Positions 25,922 through 34,528 of a DNA stretch of 64,000 nt are shown here, in pieces. The notes beneath the pieces were generated by a model. It worked only from the letters and a program-made list of their open reading frames with translations. It made no database searches and was not told where the DNA came from. The stretch lies in assembly GCA_945875925.1 (NCBI GenBank), contig CAMCME010000001.1:4656-68655 (forward strand). The letters are read 5' to 3'. How positions within the stretch are numbered: position 1 is the first letter of the stretch; every line of letters starts with the position of its first letter. Source of the stretch: Rickettsia typhi. Its GTDB lineage: Bacteria; Pseudomonadota; Alphaproteobacteria; Rickettsiales; UBA1997. A program made the translations under genes and the position numbers.

Positions 25922-26311
25922 ATGCAAAAGAGCTATGAAAGAAACCCTAGTGAAAGAAGAGATCACAAAGAAGACGCTCCAATCTATAAGCCAAATAAAA
26001 GTTTGATCATCCTGAAATCTTCTGTGATAGGCCTATTCATAGTTTTAGTTGTTTTGATTTTCACTTTTATAATTGTAAAAAGTAAACAGCAAAAAGCTTC
26101 GAAAACAATTGCCAGCAATTGCATCATTTCTAGAACCATTGAAATTGATAAAAAAATTGAGAAATACGAAACCCAAAATGGCGTGGTAACAATTCTTACT
26201 CAGCTTGATAAAAAAACTGGCAAGCAAGAAATTATAAGGCTTGATGCAACATGTGGTCATGTAATTAATCGCATCATTTTCAAAATTAATAAACCTCTAG
26301 AGGTTAATTAA
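25922..26311 (+). CDS. Hypothetical membrane-anchored protein
   Basis: 129 aa with one TM helix (LIILKSSVIGLFIVLVVLIFTFIIV). No motif recognised. Confidence 0.35.
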   Translation: MQKSYERNPSERRDHKEDAPIYKPNKSLIILKSSVIGLFIVLVVLIFTFIIVKSKQQKASKTIASNCIISRTIEIDKKIEKYETQNGVVTILTQLDKKTGKQEIIRLDATCGHVINRIIFKINKPLEVN

Positions 26312-26321
26312 TTTTTATTTC

Positions 26322-26408
26322 TTTACGCGGCACGAGCCGCGCCCCACATTGTGGGGATCCCCGATGTACTGAATCTGATAAATTCGGTATTATCGCATTC
26401 AAGTACAT
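26322..26408 (+). repeat. Repeat family B copy
   Basis: TTTACGCGGCACGAGCCGCGCCCCACATTGTGGGGATCCCCGATGTACTGAATCTGAT... Stems carry compensatory changes relative to the other two copies. Confidence 0.8.
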
Positions 26409-26421
26409 AAAAATAGAAAAA

Positions 26422-27579
26422 ATGATTAACTTTGAACTAGCTCCTTACGCAGTTGTTGAAGAACAATCTCGCGGCAGACTTTATCAAGAAAGTTACGATG
26501 ATTCAAAATATCGCTCAGTTTTTGGTCGCGATCGCGATCGCATCATCAATTCATCAGCTGTGCGCCGCCTGCAATATAAAACTCAAGTATTTGTAAATCA
26601 CGAGGGAGATCATTACCGCACTCGCCTCACTCATTCTTTAGAAGTTGCGCAAATTGCGCGCTGGATTGCTGGCGCTTTGAAAGTTAATAAAGATTTAGCA
26701 GAAATTGTTTCGCTGGCTCACGACTTAGGCCACACACCTTTTGGCCATGCTGGCGAAGATGCCTTGCATAAAAAAATGGAAGCCTTTGGTGGCTTTTCAC
26801 ATAATGCTCACACTCTGAAAATTATCACCAAATTAGAAACTCGTTTTATCGAATTTGAAGGCCTAAATTTATCTTGGGAAATGCTAGAAGGTGTGGTAAA
26901 ACATAATGGCCCTATCCTAGATGATTCTAAGCTTCATAGCTATATCAAAGAATATAATTCTAAGCATGATTTAGACTTAAAAAACTTCCCTTCTATCGAG
27001 TCACAAATCTCGGCAATTTCTGATGACATCGCTTATAATAATCATGATATTGAAGATGGTTTGCGCGCCAATTTATTTGAAGTTGAAGAGCTTTTTTCTT
27101 TGCCTTTAATTGGAGAAATTTATCAAGAAATTTTAGCAAAATATCCCGATATAAAAATAAAGTTATTAGTTGGAGAAGCCAAGAAACGCCTTACTTTGGC
27201 AATGGTGATGAATGTGATTGATACTACTCAAAAAAATCTTGTCGAAAATAAAATTCAAAGCGAAAAAGATGTGCGCCAGGCTGGAAAATTTTTAGTACAT
27301 TTTTCTGCCGACATGGAAAATGCTCATCAAGCAATTAAGAAATTTTTAATGCAAAATATGTATCGCCATTCCACCGTAAATCGTATGACGGCGAATGCTA
27401 AAAAAATTGTCAGCGGACTTTTTGATTTTTATATGGCAAGCCCAAGCTGCTTACCTGATAAGCGCGCTGAGGTAGAGATAAAAATTTCTGACCAAAAAAC
27501 TTTAGCGATTTTTATTTCAGATTATATTGCTGGAATGACCGATCGTTATGCAATTAAAGAGTTTGAGGAGTTGGTTTAA
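26422..27579 (+). CDS. dgt: dGTP triphosphohydrolase-like HD-domain protein
   Basis: FGRDRDRIINSSAVRRLQYKTQVF, HYRTRLTHSLEVAQIAR, HDLGHTPFGH. Confidence 0.85.
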   Translation: MINFELAPYAVVEEQSRGRLYQESYDDSKYRSVFGRDRDRIINSSAVRRLQYKTQVFVNHEGDHYRTRLTHSLEVAQIARWIAGALKVNKDLAEIVSLAHDLGHTPFGHAGEDALHKKMEAFGGFSHNAHTLKIITKLETRFIEFEGLNLSWEMLEGVVKHNGPILDDSKLHSYIKEYNSKHDLDLKNFPSIESQISAISDDIAYNNHDIEDGLRANLFEVEELFSLPLIGEIYQEILAKYPDIKIKLLVGEAKKRLTLAMVMNVIDTTQKNLVENKIQSEKDVRQAGKFLVHFSADMENAHQAIKKFLMQNMYRHSTVNRMTANAKKIVSGLFDFYMASPSCLPDKRAEVEIKISDQKTLAIFISDYIAGMTDRYAIKEFEELV

Positions 27580-27622
27580 TTTCATCTCACCTTTATCACA
27601 TAACCCATATTGTCATCTCAAT

Positions 27623-27669
27623 AATTCACGCTGTCATCTCGAACGAAGTGAGAGATGACAGCGTGAATT
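27623..27669. terminator. Hairpin related to the family A arm, after dgt
   Basis: AATTCACGCTGTCATCTC-GAACGAAGT-GAGATGACAGCGTGAATT, an 18-bp stem. The CTGTCATCTCGAA.G.AGTGAGAGAT part matches the left arm of the 36159 copy. Confidence 0.5.
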
Positions 27670-27718
27670 ATATGGTGACAAAAAATAAATTTAAAAACGG
27701 CTATTAAAAATATCATTT

Positions 27719-28270
27719 ATGAAAAACATCCTCCCATATCGCGGCATCTCTCCCACCATCGATTCATCAGCATTCGTTGCTCAAACTGCAATTCTTTCTG
27801 GCGATGTAAAAATCGGCAAAAATTCTGGCATTTGGTATGGCTGTGTTTTGCGTGGCGATGTTACAAAAATCATAATTGGCGAAAATACCAATATTCAAGA
27901 TAACTGCGTTTTGCACGGCACGCGCCCTAATCATGCTCAAAATAAAACTGGTGCCCAAGGCGCTCCTGTAATAGTTGGAGATAATGTAACAATCGGACAT
28001 GGTGCCATAGTTCATGCTTGCGTAATTGAGGATTACGCCTTTGTTGGCATGGGTTCTTTAGTGATGGATTTAGCTAGAATTGAGAAATATGGCATGCTTG
28101 CAGCAGGTTCGGTTCTAACTCCGAAAAGAGTTGTAAAAAGCGGAGAAATTTGGGCAGGAAACCCGGCTAAATATTTTCGTGACATGACACAAGACGAGAA
28201 AGATTACATCAAAACCTCTGCCGATAACTATGCCGAGCTTGCTCGTGAATATAAAGAGACCCAAAAATAG
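27719..28270 (+). CDS. Gamma-carbonic-anhydrase-like left-handed beta-helix protein
   Basis: Hexapeptide repeats (GDVKIGKNSGIWYGCVLRGD, IGENTNIQDNCVLH, VGDNVTIGHGAIVH). Confidence 0.75.
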   Translation: MKNILPYRGISPTIDSSAFVAQTAILSGDVKIGKNSGIWYGCVLRGDVTKIIIGENTNIQDNCVLHGTRPNHAQNKTGAQGAPVIVGDNVTIGHGAIVHACVIEDYAFVGMGSLVMDLARIEKYGMLAAGSVLTPKRVVKSGEIWAGNPAKYFRDMTQDEKDYIKTSADNYAELAREYKETQK

Positions 28271-29082
28271 TGAATAAACTTTTTAATAAATCCCAAATCG
28301 AAAATATCATTTCTTGCGCTTTTGATGGTGGAGAAATTGCGGAAAAATCTCAAAAATCTAAAGATTTTCAAGTTTTGAAAAAACCAGATGGATCAAGCGT
28401 TACAAGTGCCGACATCGCTGTAAGTAAATATATTAATCAAAAATTATCCGCTCTTTTCCCTAACATTCCTGTAATTTGCGAAGAAGGAAAATTGCGTGAC
28501 GCTGATGATATTTTCTGGTTAATCGATCCAATTGACGGCACTAGCAGTTTCATCGATGGCAGCCCTGAATATGCTGTGAATATTGCTTTGGTAGAAAATA
28601 AAAAAGCAATTTTTGGATTAATTTATGCACCATCTTTTGAAGGCGGAAAAATGATTTTTTGTGATCACGAAAATCAAATTATTTCTCAAAATAAAAAGGG
28701 CGAAAAATTAATTTTGGAAGCTCAAAACTTTGATCAAAATAAATTGCGTATTATCACCAGTTCTAGATCAAAACATCCTGACATTGAAAAATACATCTCA
28801 CAATTTCACCAAGATTTTTCACAAAATATCGCTGTTGAAAAACTTTCTTCAGCCATAAAATTTTTCCGAATTTTAGAAAATGACGCCGATCTTTATCTGC
28901 ATTTTCGCAAGTCAATGGAATGGGATACTGCTTCAGGACAAGCTCTAACTGAACTTATGGGTGGAAAAGTAAAAAATTTATTTTTTAATGAAAATGAATA
29001 TGTGATTGGCGAAGAATTATCTTACAAAAAACCTGATTTTGCTAATCAGCCTTTTGTCCTATCTGTAAAAGAATTAAATTAG
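28270..29082 (+). CDS. Inositol monophosphatase/CysQ-family phosphatase
   Basis: FWLIDPIDGTSSF and WDTASGQA motifs. GTG start. Confidence 0.7.
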   Translation: MNKLFNKSQIENIISCAFDGGEIAEKSQKSKDFQVLKKPDGSSVTSADIAVSKYINQKLSALFPNIPVICEEGKLRDADDIFWLIDPIDGTSSFIDGSPEYAVNIALVENKKAIFGLIYAPSFEGGKMIFCDHENQIISQNKKGEKLILEAQNFDQNKLRIITSSRSKHPDIEKYISQFHQDFSQNIAVEKLSSAIKFFRILENDADLYLHFRKSMEWDTASGQALTELMGGKVKNLFFNENEYVIGEELSYKKPDFANQPFVLSVKELN

Positions 29083-29090
29083 GTAAAAAA

Positions 29091-29417
29091 ATGGTAAAAA
29101 AATTTACTGCAAATTGCGATTTTGGCGGCAGATCTGTTCCTGTAACTTTATTCGTGGGCGATCCATCTCCCGATTCTCATCCTTTGGCTTTTCAAAATAA
29201 ATGGCTTGGCGCAACTAAAGGTGGCAGCGTGCCAAATGATATCATGGAATCTTTTGCCAAACTTAAGGAAATTTCTATCAAAAATAAGGTTTCCTTTGAA
29301 GAGCTTTGCGGCTATGTAATTGAAGAATTGAAGTCGAATAATACAGTGATTGAAGATGCTAAAAAAGCTAAGGAATTTTCCGATAAAAAAAATGATAAAA
29401 AAGACGATAAAAAATAA
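29091..29417 (+). CDS. Conserved hypothetical protein (possibly DUF2610-like)
   Basis: 108 aa. CDFGGRSVPVTLFVGDPSPDSHPLAFQNKWL. Family assignment is from memory only. Confidence 0.4.
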   Translation: MVKKFTANCDFGGRSVPVTLFVGDPSPDSHPLAFQNKWLGATKGGSVPNDIMESFAKLKEISIKNKVSFEELCGYVIEELKSNNTVIEDAKKAKEFSDKKNDKKDDKK

Positions 29418-29424
29418 TAAATTT

Positions 29425-30357
29425 ATGAATAAAAATATCTGCGTTGCTGTCTTGATGGGTGGCTGGAATTCTGAAAGAGAAGTTTCTTTAAGATCGGGAG
29501 AAGCCGTTTATAACGCACTTCTAAGCCTTGGTTACAAAGCCGAAAAAATTGATTTTTCTCGCGACATTTTTAATCAAATCGCAGCTGTAAAACCTGATGT
29601 TATTTTCAATGCACTTCACGGTCAATTTGGTGAAGATGGCAGAATTCAAGGCTTCCTAGACATTTTAAATATTCCTTACACTCATTCTGGAATTGTCGCT
29701 TCAGCACTTTGTATGGATAAAATTTTAACCAGAAAAATTTGCCAAACCGCTGGCGTAAAATCTCCACCTTTTGGACTTCTAAAAAAAGGTGAAACCGCAA
29801 AAAACAAAGAAGTAATGCTAGAAATTGGCAAACCTTTTGTAATCAAGCCAATCAACGAAGGATCCTCAGTTGGTGTCGAAGTAATTTTAGCCAATATGCC
29901 TTTCGATTTAGAAAAATATGAATGGCAATTTGGCGATGAAATTATCATCGAAAAATATATTGCTGGTCAAGAAATTCAGGTGGCGGTGATTGATAATAAA
30001 GCTTTAGGAGCCATTGAAATTCGTCCTCACGGTTTATTTTATGATTACAAATGCAAATATACTGCGGGCATGACTGATTACATTATGCCAGCTGAAATTA
30101 GCCCGCAGAAATATGCTGAAGTTTTAGAATTAGCACAAAAATCTCACCAAGTTGTGGGATGCTTAGGCGTAAGCAGAATCGACTTTATTTTGAATAATAA
30201 AGATGGCGGAGATAATGAATTTTATCTGCTAGAAATTAACACTCATCCGGGTTTCACTGCTACTTCTTTAGTTCCAAAAATCGCTAAACATGTTGGAATT
30301 TCTTTCGAAGAAATTGTTGATTATCTAGTTAAATCTGCCTCTTGCGGAATTCAGTAA
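29425..30357 (+). CDS. ddl: D-alanine--D-alanine ligase
   Basis: VLMGGWNSEREVSLRSG, HGQFGEDGRIQG, EINTHPGFT. ATG at 29425. Confidence 0.9.
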   Translation: MNKNICVAVLMGGWNSEREVSLRSGEAVYNALLSLGYKAEKIDFSRDIFNQIAAVKPDVIFNALHGQFGEDGRIQGFLDILNIPYTHSGIVASALCMDKILTRKICQTAGVKSPPFGLLKKGETAKNKEVMLEIGKPFVIKPINEGSSVGVEVILANMPFDLEKYEWQFGDEIIIEKYIAGQEIQVAVIDNKALGAIEIRPHGLFYDYKCKYTAGMTDYIMPAEISPQKYAEVLELAQKSHQVVGCLGVSRIDFILNNKDGGDNEFYLLEINTHPGFTATSLVPKIAKHVGISFEEIVDYLVKSASCGIQ

Positions 30358-31247
30358 TGGCTGAAAAATTTTCTATTTCAAATATCAAAGAAAGATTTAA
30401 AAACTTTTTATTCACTAATCAGTTTTTACGAAAAGTTAGAAATTTCTTTCATCAAAGTTTTTTACCTTTTTTATTCAAATGCCTGCTGGGCTTTATCGCT
30501 CTGCTTGCCATAATCATCATCACAATTAAAATTTTTAAACCTGCTTACATCGAAACTGCTCATCAGAAAATTTCTTTTTACTTTTTTCACTATCTAAATC
30601 TTGATAATCAAGAACTTGGAAAAGTTACCATCGCGGGCAATAAGCGCACCACTACCGAAGAAATTTTAGCTATTGTTACTGAAACTCACAAAGCCGCCAA
30701 CAATAATAAATTTCAAGATTATCAGCCCTTAATTCAAAGACTGGTTATAGAAATTAAAAAACAACTGCCTTGGATTAATAAAGTTGTGATCACTCGCAGC
30801 ATGCCCAACCTTTTAAACATTACAGTCACCGAATATGAGCCATTTGCAATTTGGCAAAAAGGCGACAAAAAATATATCACTGACAAAGATGGAAATATCG
30901 TCTTAATTGAAGATTTAACTGAATTTGAAAACTTGATTATTCTTTCAGGAAATGAAGCAAATAACCATGTGAATTCCCTATTTAATATTTTCGTTGCCGA
31001 CCCCAATTTAAGCTCGCATGTCTATTCTGCCACTTGGTCGGGAGACAGAAGATGGGATATTAGATTTGATAACGGACTGCTGATTAAATTGCCTGAAAAT
31101 AATATTTCTGAAGCTTGGAATAATTTGATAAAAATTTATAATACACCTGGGTCAATCTTAGGTTTGAATGTGATTGATTTAAGAGTGGAAGGAAAAATTT
31201 ATTTGGAATATGGGGATTCGGTGATTAAGGAGATTAAGAGTTTGTAG
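30357..31247 (+). CDS. ftsQ: Cell division protein FtsQ
   Basis: TM helix followed by a POTRA-like region (VTIAGNKRTTTEEI). ATG overlaps the ddl stop (TAATG). Confidence 0.7.
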   Translation: MAEKFSISNIKERFKNFLFTNQFLRKVRNFFHQSFLPFLFKCLLGFIALLAIIIITIKIFKPAYIETAHQKISFYFFHYLNLDNQELGKVTIAGNKRTTTEEILAIVTETHKAANNNKFQDYQPLIQRLVIEIKKQLPWINKVVITRSMPNLLNITVTEYEPFAIWQKGDKKYITDKDGNIVLIEDLTEFENLIILSGNEANNHVNSLFNIFVADPNLSSHVYSATWSGDRRWDIRFDNGLLIKLPENNISEAWNNLIKIYNTPGSILGLNVIDLRVEGKIYLEYGDSVIKEIKSL

Positions 31248-31261
31248 GTTTGAGTCCTTAC

Positions 31262-31340
31262 TAGATGGAACCCGTAACAAGTGCGGGATGAAAATTCTTG
31301 GAAGAGATCTCTTATCACTTTGTCACCGCACAATTTTTGC
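31262..31340. repeat. Repeat-derived hairpins in the ftsQ-ftsA spacer
   Basis: CCCGTAACAAGTGCGGGATG is a variant of the CCTGAAACAAGTTCAGGATG core. ACCGCACAATTTTTGCGCGGT is an imperfect palindrome. Confidence 0.5.
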
Positions 31341-31490
31341 GCGGTCCATTTCGTCACAATTTAATTTTATCTTTAAGAAACAGCTCCCAAATAACCCCAA
31401 AATTTTATTGCTAATTTTTCCTGAAACAAAATATTGTTTGCCCTTCTAAAATTCCTAAAAACCAATTTCTTTAAAATAGCAATTTCCTAA

Positions 31491-32726
31491 ATGGCAAAAA
31501 ATCTTAAAAAAGGAAAAATTGTTGCTTGCCTTGATATAGGCTCCTCTAAGTTGGTTTGCTTTATCGCATCTATTACTAATGACGAAGTAAAAATTCTCGG
31601 CTACGGACATAAAAAATCAAAAGGCATCATGGGCAGCGCTTTGTCTGACATGAGGTTGGCGCAAAAATCCATCACCAATGTGGTGGCAGAAGCTGAAAGA
31701 ATGGCAGGATTAAATATTGATCGTCTTTTAATTGGAATCTCGGGAAGCCAAGTTACATCAAGTCGCAAAGAAGTTAGTGTGAAGATCGGATCAGATATTG
31801 TTAAAAGTTCTGACATCACAAATTTAGCAAATTTTGTGCGCGCTGAATTCAAAAAAAATCATCGCGAAATCATCCATTTAATTCCCCTGCAATATCGCAT
31901 TGATGATCTTTCTCCTGTAGAAAATCCGCGCTATATGACAGGAAACAAGCTTTACGCTAAATTCCACATCGTTTCCACTTCTCAAAGTGCCGTAAAGAAT
32001 ATCGAAAATTGTTTAAAAAGATGTCAGCTTTCGGTGAATAATTATGTTGTAGAACCTTACTCATCAACGCTTTCTTGTCTTACTGAAAATGAAACTAATC
32101 TTGGAACTTTGCTAATTGATATTGGCGGCAGCTCCACTTCCATTTGCATTATTTTAAATGGAAAATTGTTTTATGTGGGAAATTGCATGATGGGCGGAAT
32201 TCATGTCACCAAAGACATCTCGACCATTTTAAATATTAGTTTTGATGAAGCTGAACAGATTAAAAATTTAAATAGCTCTTTGATGATCAGCCCAATTGAA
32301 GAAAGAGAAATAATTAGATTAGATAATATCGACCCTAATGATGGCCCAGACATGATTAAAATCACTCGTCTTGAGCTACGAGAAATCATTAAATCTAGAC
32401 TTGAAGAAGTGTTTGAATTGGTAAAAGAAAATTTAGCAAAATCTGGAGTTCCAGACAGCATCATCAGCAATATCGTTCTTACGGGCGGCGTAACTTTGAG
32501 TGTGGGAATTGATCGCTTGGCGTCAGAAGTGTTTAAAAAGAATGTGCGAATTGGCTATCCAAACAAGCTTGAAGGTGTTGCTTCTGAAATCTTGAACCCA
32601 ACTTATTCTTGCTGTTTAGGCATGTTGGTTTTCTTAAAAAATATGTATTTGAAAGAGAAAATTAAAAGCGGATTTGAAACTAAAAATAGCTGGTTCAGAA
32701 AGTTGATTGAGAAGTTGGCAGCTTAA
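31491..32726 (+). CDS. ftsA: Cell division protein FtsA
   Basis: Actin-like ATPase motifs LDIGSSK, IDIGGSST, LTGGV. Confidence 0.9.
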   Translation: MAKNLKKGKIVACLDIGSSKLVCFIASITNDEVKILGYGHKKSKGIMGSALSDMRLAQKSITNVVAEAERMAGLNIDRLLIGISGSQVTSSRKEVSVKIGSDIVKSSDITNLANFVRAEFKKNHREIIHLIPLQYRIDDLSPVENPRYMTGNKLYAKFHIVSTSQSAVKNIENCLKRCQLSVNNYVVEPYSSTLSCLTENETNLGTLLIDIGGSSTSICIILNGKLFYVGNCMMGGIHVTKDISTILNISFDEAEQIKNLNSSLMISPIEEREIIRLDNIDPNDGPDMIKITRLELREIIKSRLEEVFELVKENLAKSGVPDSIISNIVLTGGVTLSVGIDRLASEVFKKNVRIGYPNKLEGVASEILNPTYSCCLGMLVFLKNMYLKEKIKSGFETKNSWFRKLIEKLAA

Positions 32727-32770
32727 ATATTTTTTCCCCTGTTATTTCCACAACTTTGTCACCCCCACAC

Positions 32771-32891
32771 ACTGTCATTTTTCCCACATACTGTCATTTC
32801 GAACTAAGTGAGAAATCTCATGATACTTAACCGAGTCCAACCTGATGAGATTTCTCACTGCGTTCGAAATGACAGTTTTGTAAAAATGACA
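32771..32891. repeat. Palindromic repeat family A copy (extended)
   Basis: CTGTCATTTCGAACTAAGTGAGAAATCTCATGA ... TGATGAGATTTCTCACTGCGTTCGAAATGACAG, with outer CTGTCATTTTT / AAAAATGACAG arms. Confidence 0.85.
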
Positions 32892-32897
32892 GATTAT

Positions 32898-34385
32898 TTA
32901 CCTTCCCATCCCGCCATCCTTGTCATTATTGAAACCATAATCCTTCTTCACATTCTGAAGCTTTGATACAAAGCCACCTTGTTGTCCCATTCCAAAAGAT
33001 CCTAAACCTTGTGGAGCCACTTCTTTAGCAGCGCCTTTTTTTGAACCTTTAATGGCCGCAGCCGCTTCTATAGCTTCTTTAGCCAATTCTTTATTGTCTA
33101 ATCTGGCTTTTTTTTGTTTCCAAACCAAAGATTTCATTCCCGTAGAATTGAAAACTTTTGCAGTATTAGAGCCCATTTTATCAACTTCTTCTGATCTAGC
33201 ATCCCAAGCATCTTTTGCAGAAATTCCATTATCTTCTTCAGCCTCTAATCCACCAGTTTCGCGGCTTAAATTTCTTTGCTGATTATTGTTTGGAAAAACT
33301 AAATTTTTTAATTCCCCAATAACACCACTAACTTCTTGTCCTTCTTCAACTTCAACAATATCTTTTGGCTCAGATTCTTTTTGCTCTTCACCTTTTTTGA
33401 TAAATTTTTGGTCATCTTCTTTTTTATCTTCCGACATTTCTAACATCTTGCGAAGAGGCTTTTCCGCCTTAATTCTCAACTCTTCAGAAAGATTCAGCTC
33501 GCCACCATAAATAGAATCAGAGCCATATTTCATCACCAAATAAAGCTTCTCTAAGGTGTTCAACTTCATGTAAGGGCAAGAGTTGCAAAGTGTGCAACCA
33601 GCAGCGTCCACAAAAGGACAATCGTAAAGTTTTGCCGTCGGATTTTTTTGTCTCATTTGGTGAAGAATACCAACTTCTGTGAGAACAATAAATTCGCCAC
33701 CTTGGGTGTCGCTCACATATTTCAAAAGTGACGAAGTTGAACCAATGTGATGAGCATATGAAAGCAGCGTTTCTGGGCATTCAGGATGAGCGATGACTTT
33801 TGCGTTTGGGTAATTCGCAATTAATTTCACCAATTCTCTTTCGCTATATTGTTCATGAACCATGCAGCTTCCATTCCACAGAAGCATGTTGCGGCCAGTG
33901 ATTTTATTGATGTAGCGGCCAAGATGTTGGTCGGGCGCGAAGATAATTTTTTGGTTCGCTGGAAGTTGATCAATAATTTTTTTAGCGTTAGTTGAAGTAA
34001 CAATAATATTCGACAAAGCCTTTATTTCAGCAGAGCAATTGATGTAGCTAACTACAATATGATCAGGATTTTTTCGGCAAAATTCGTCAAAAACATCAGG
34101 CTTGCAAGAATCTTCCAAACTGCATCCAGCCTTTAAATCGGGAATCCAAACTTTCTTTTGTGGCGACAGAATTTTTGCCACTTCGGCCATAAATTTCACG
34201 CCGCAGAAAATAATTTCATCAGCATTTGTAGAAGCGGCATTGCGCGATAAATCTAGAGAATCGCCAACAAAATCTGCAATATCTTGAATCTCCGAATCTT
34301 GATAAAAATGCGCCAAAATAACGGCATTTTTTTCTTTTTTCAGACGAAGAATTTCTTCTTCTAAATTTGTAGGGATTTCGTACAT
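32898..34385 (-). CDS. nadA: Quinolinate synthase NadA with ~178-aa low-complexity C-terminal extension
   Basis: AVILAHFYQD, VSYINCSAEIKA, IAHPECP and C-x-x-C-x-x-C-type CTLCNSCPYM. The ORF track start (34442) lies inside a repeat; Met at 34385 fits NadA N-termini. Confidence 0.85.
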   Translation of the reverse strand: MYEIPTNLEEEILRLKKEKNAVILAHFYQDSEIQDIADFVGDSLDLSRNAASTNADEIIFCGVKFMAEVAKILSPQKKVWIPDLKAGCSLEDSCKPDVFDEFCRKNPDHIVVSYINCSAEIKALSNIIVTSTNAKKIIDQLPANQKIIFAPDQHLGRYINKITGRNMLLWNGSCMVHEQYSERELVKLIANYPNAKVIAHPECPETLLSYAHHIGSTSSLLKYVSDTQGGEFIVLTEVGILHQMRQKNPTAKLYDCPFVDAAGCTLCNSCPYMKLNTLEKLYLVMKYGSDSIYGGELNLSEELRIKAEKPLRKMLEMSEDKKEDDQKFIKKGEEQKESEPKDIVEVEEGQEVSGVIGELKNLVFPNNNQQRNLSRETGGLEAEEDNGISAKDAWDARSEEVDKMGSNTAKVFNSTGMKSLVWKQKKARLDNKELAKEAIEAAAAIKGSKKGAAKEVAPQGLGSFGMGQQGGFVSKLQNVKKDYGFNNDKDGGMGR

Positions 34386-34408
34386 TTTAAAAACTCTTAA
34401 AAGAAACT

Positions 34409-34500
34409 CGTCATCCTTGAGGCGAAGCCTCGAGGATCTCATGAGTTATTTTTCTAAACTCATGAGATCCTCGGTGCGCCTTCGGCGACCAAGGATGACG
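34409..34500. repeat. Palindromic repeat family A copy
   Basis: CGTCATCCTTGAGGCGAAGCCTCGAGGATCTCATGAGT ... ACTCATGAGATCCTCGGTGCGCCTTCGGCGACCAAGGATGACG. Confidence 0.85.
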
Positions 34501-34528
34501 GATGTGTTTAGAAGACAAAATATTAATA

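Noticed and set aside
34386-34442. The 19-aa N-terminal extension of nadA in the ORF track (MRSSRLRLKDDEFLLRVFK).
   Set aside because: These codons lie largely inside the family A palindromic repeat at 34409-34500. NadA homology starts at the next Met (34385).
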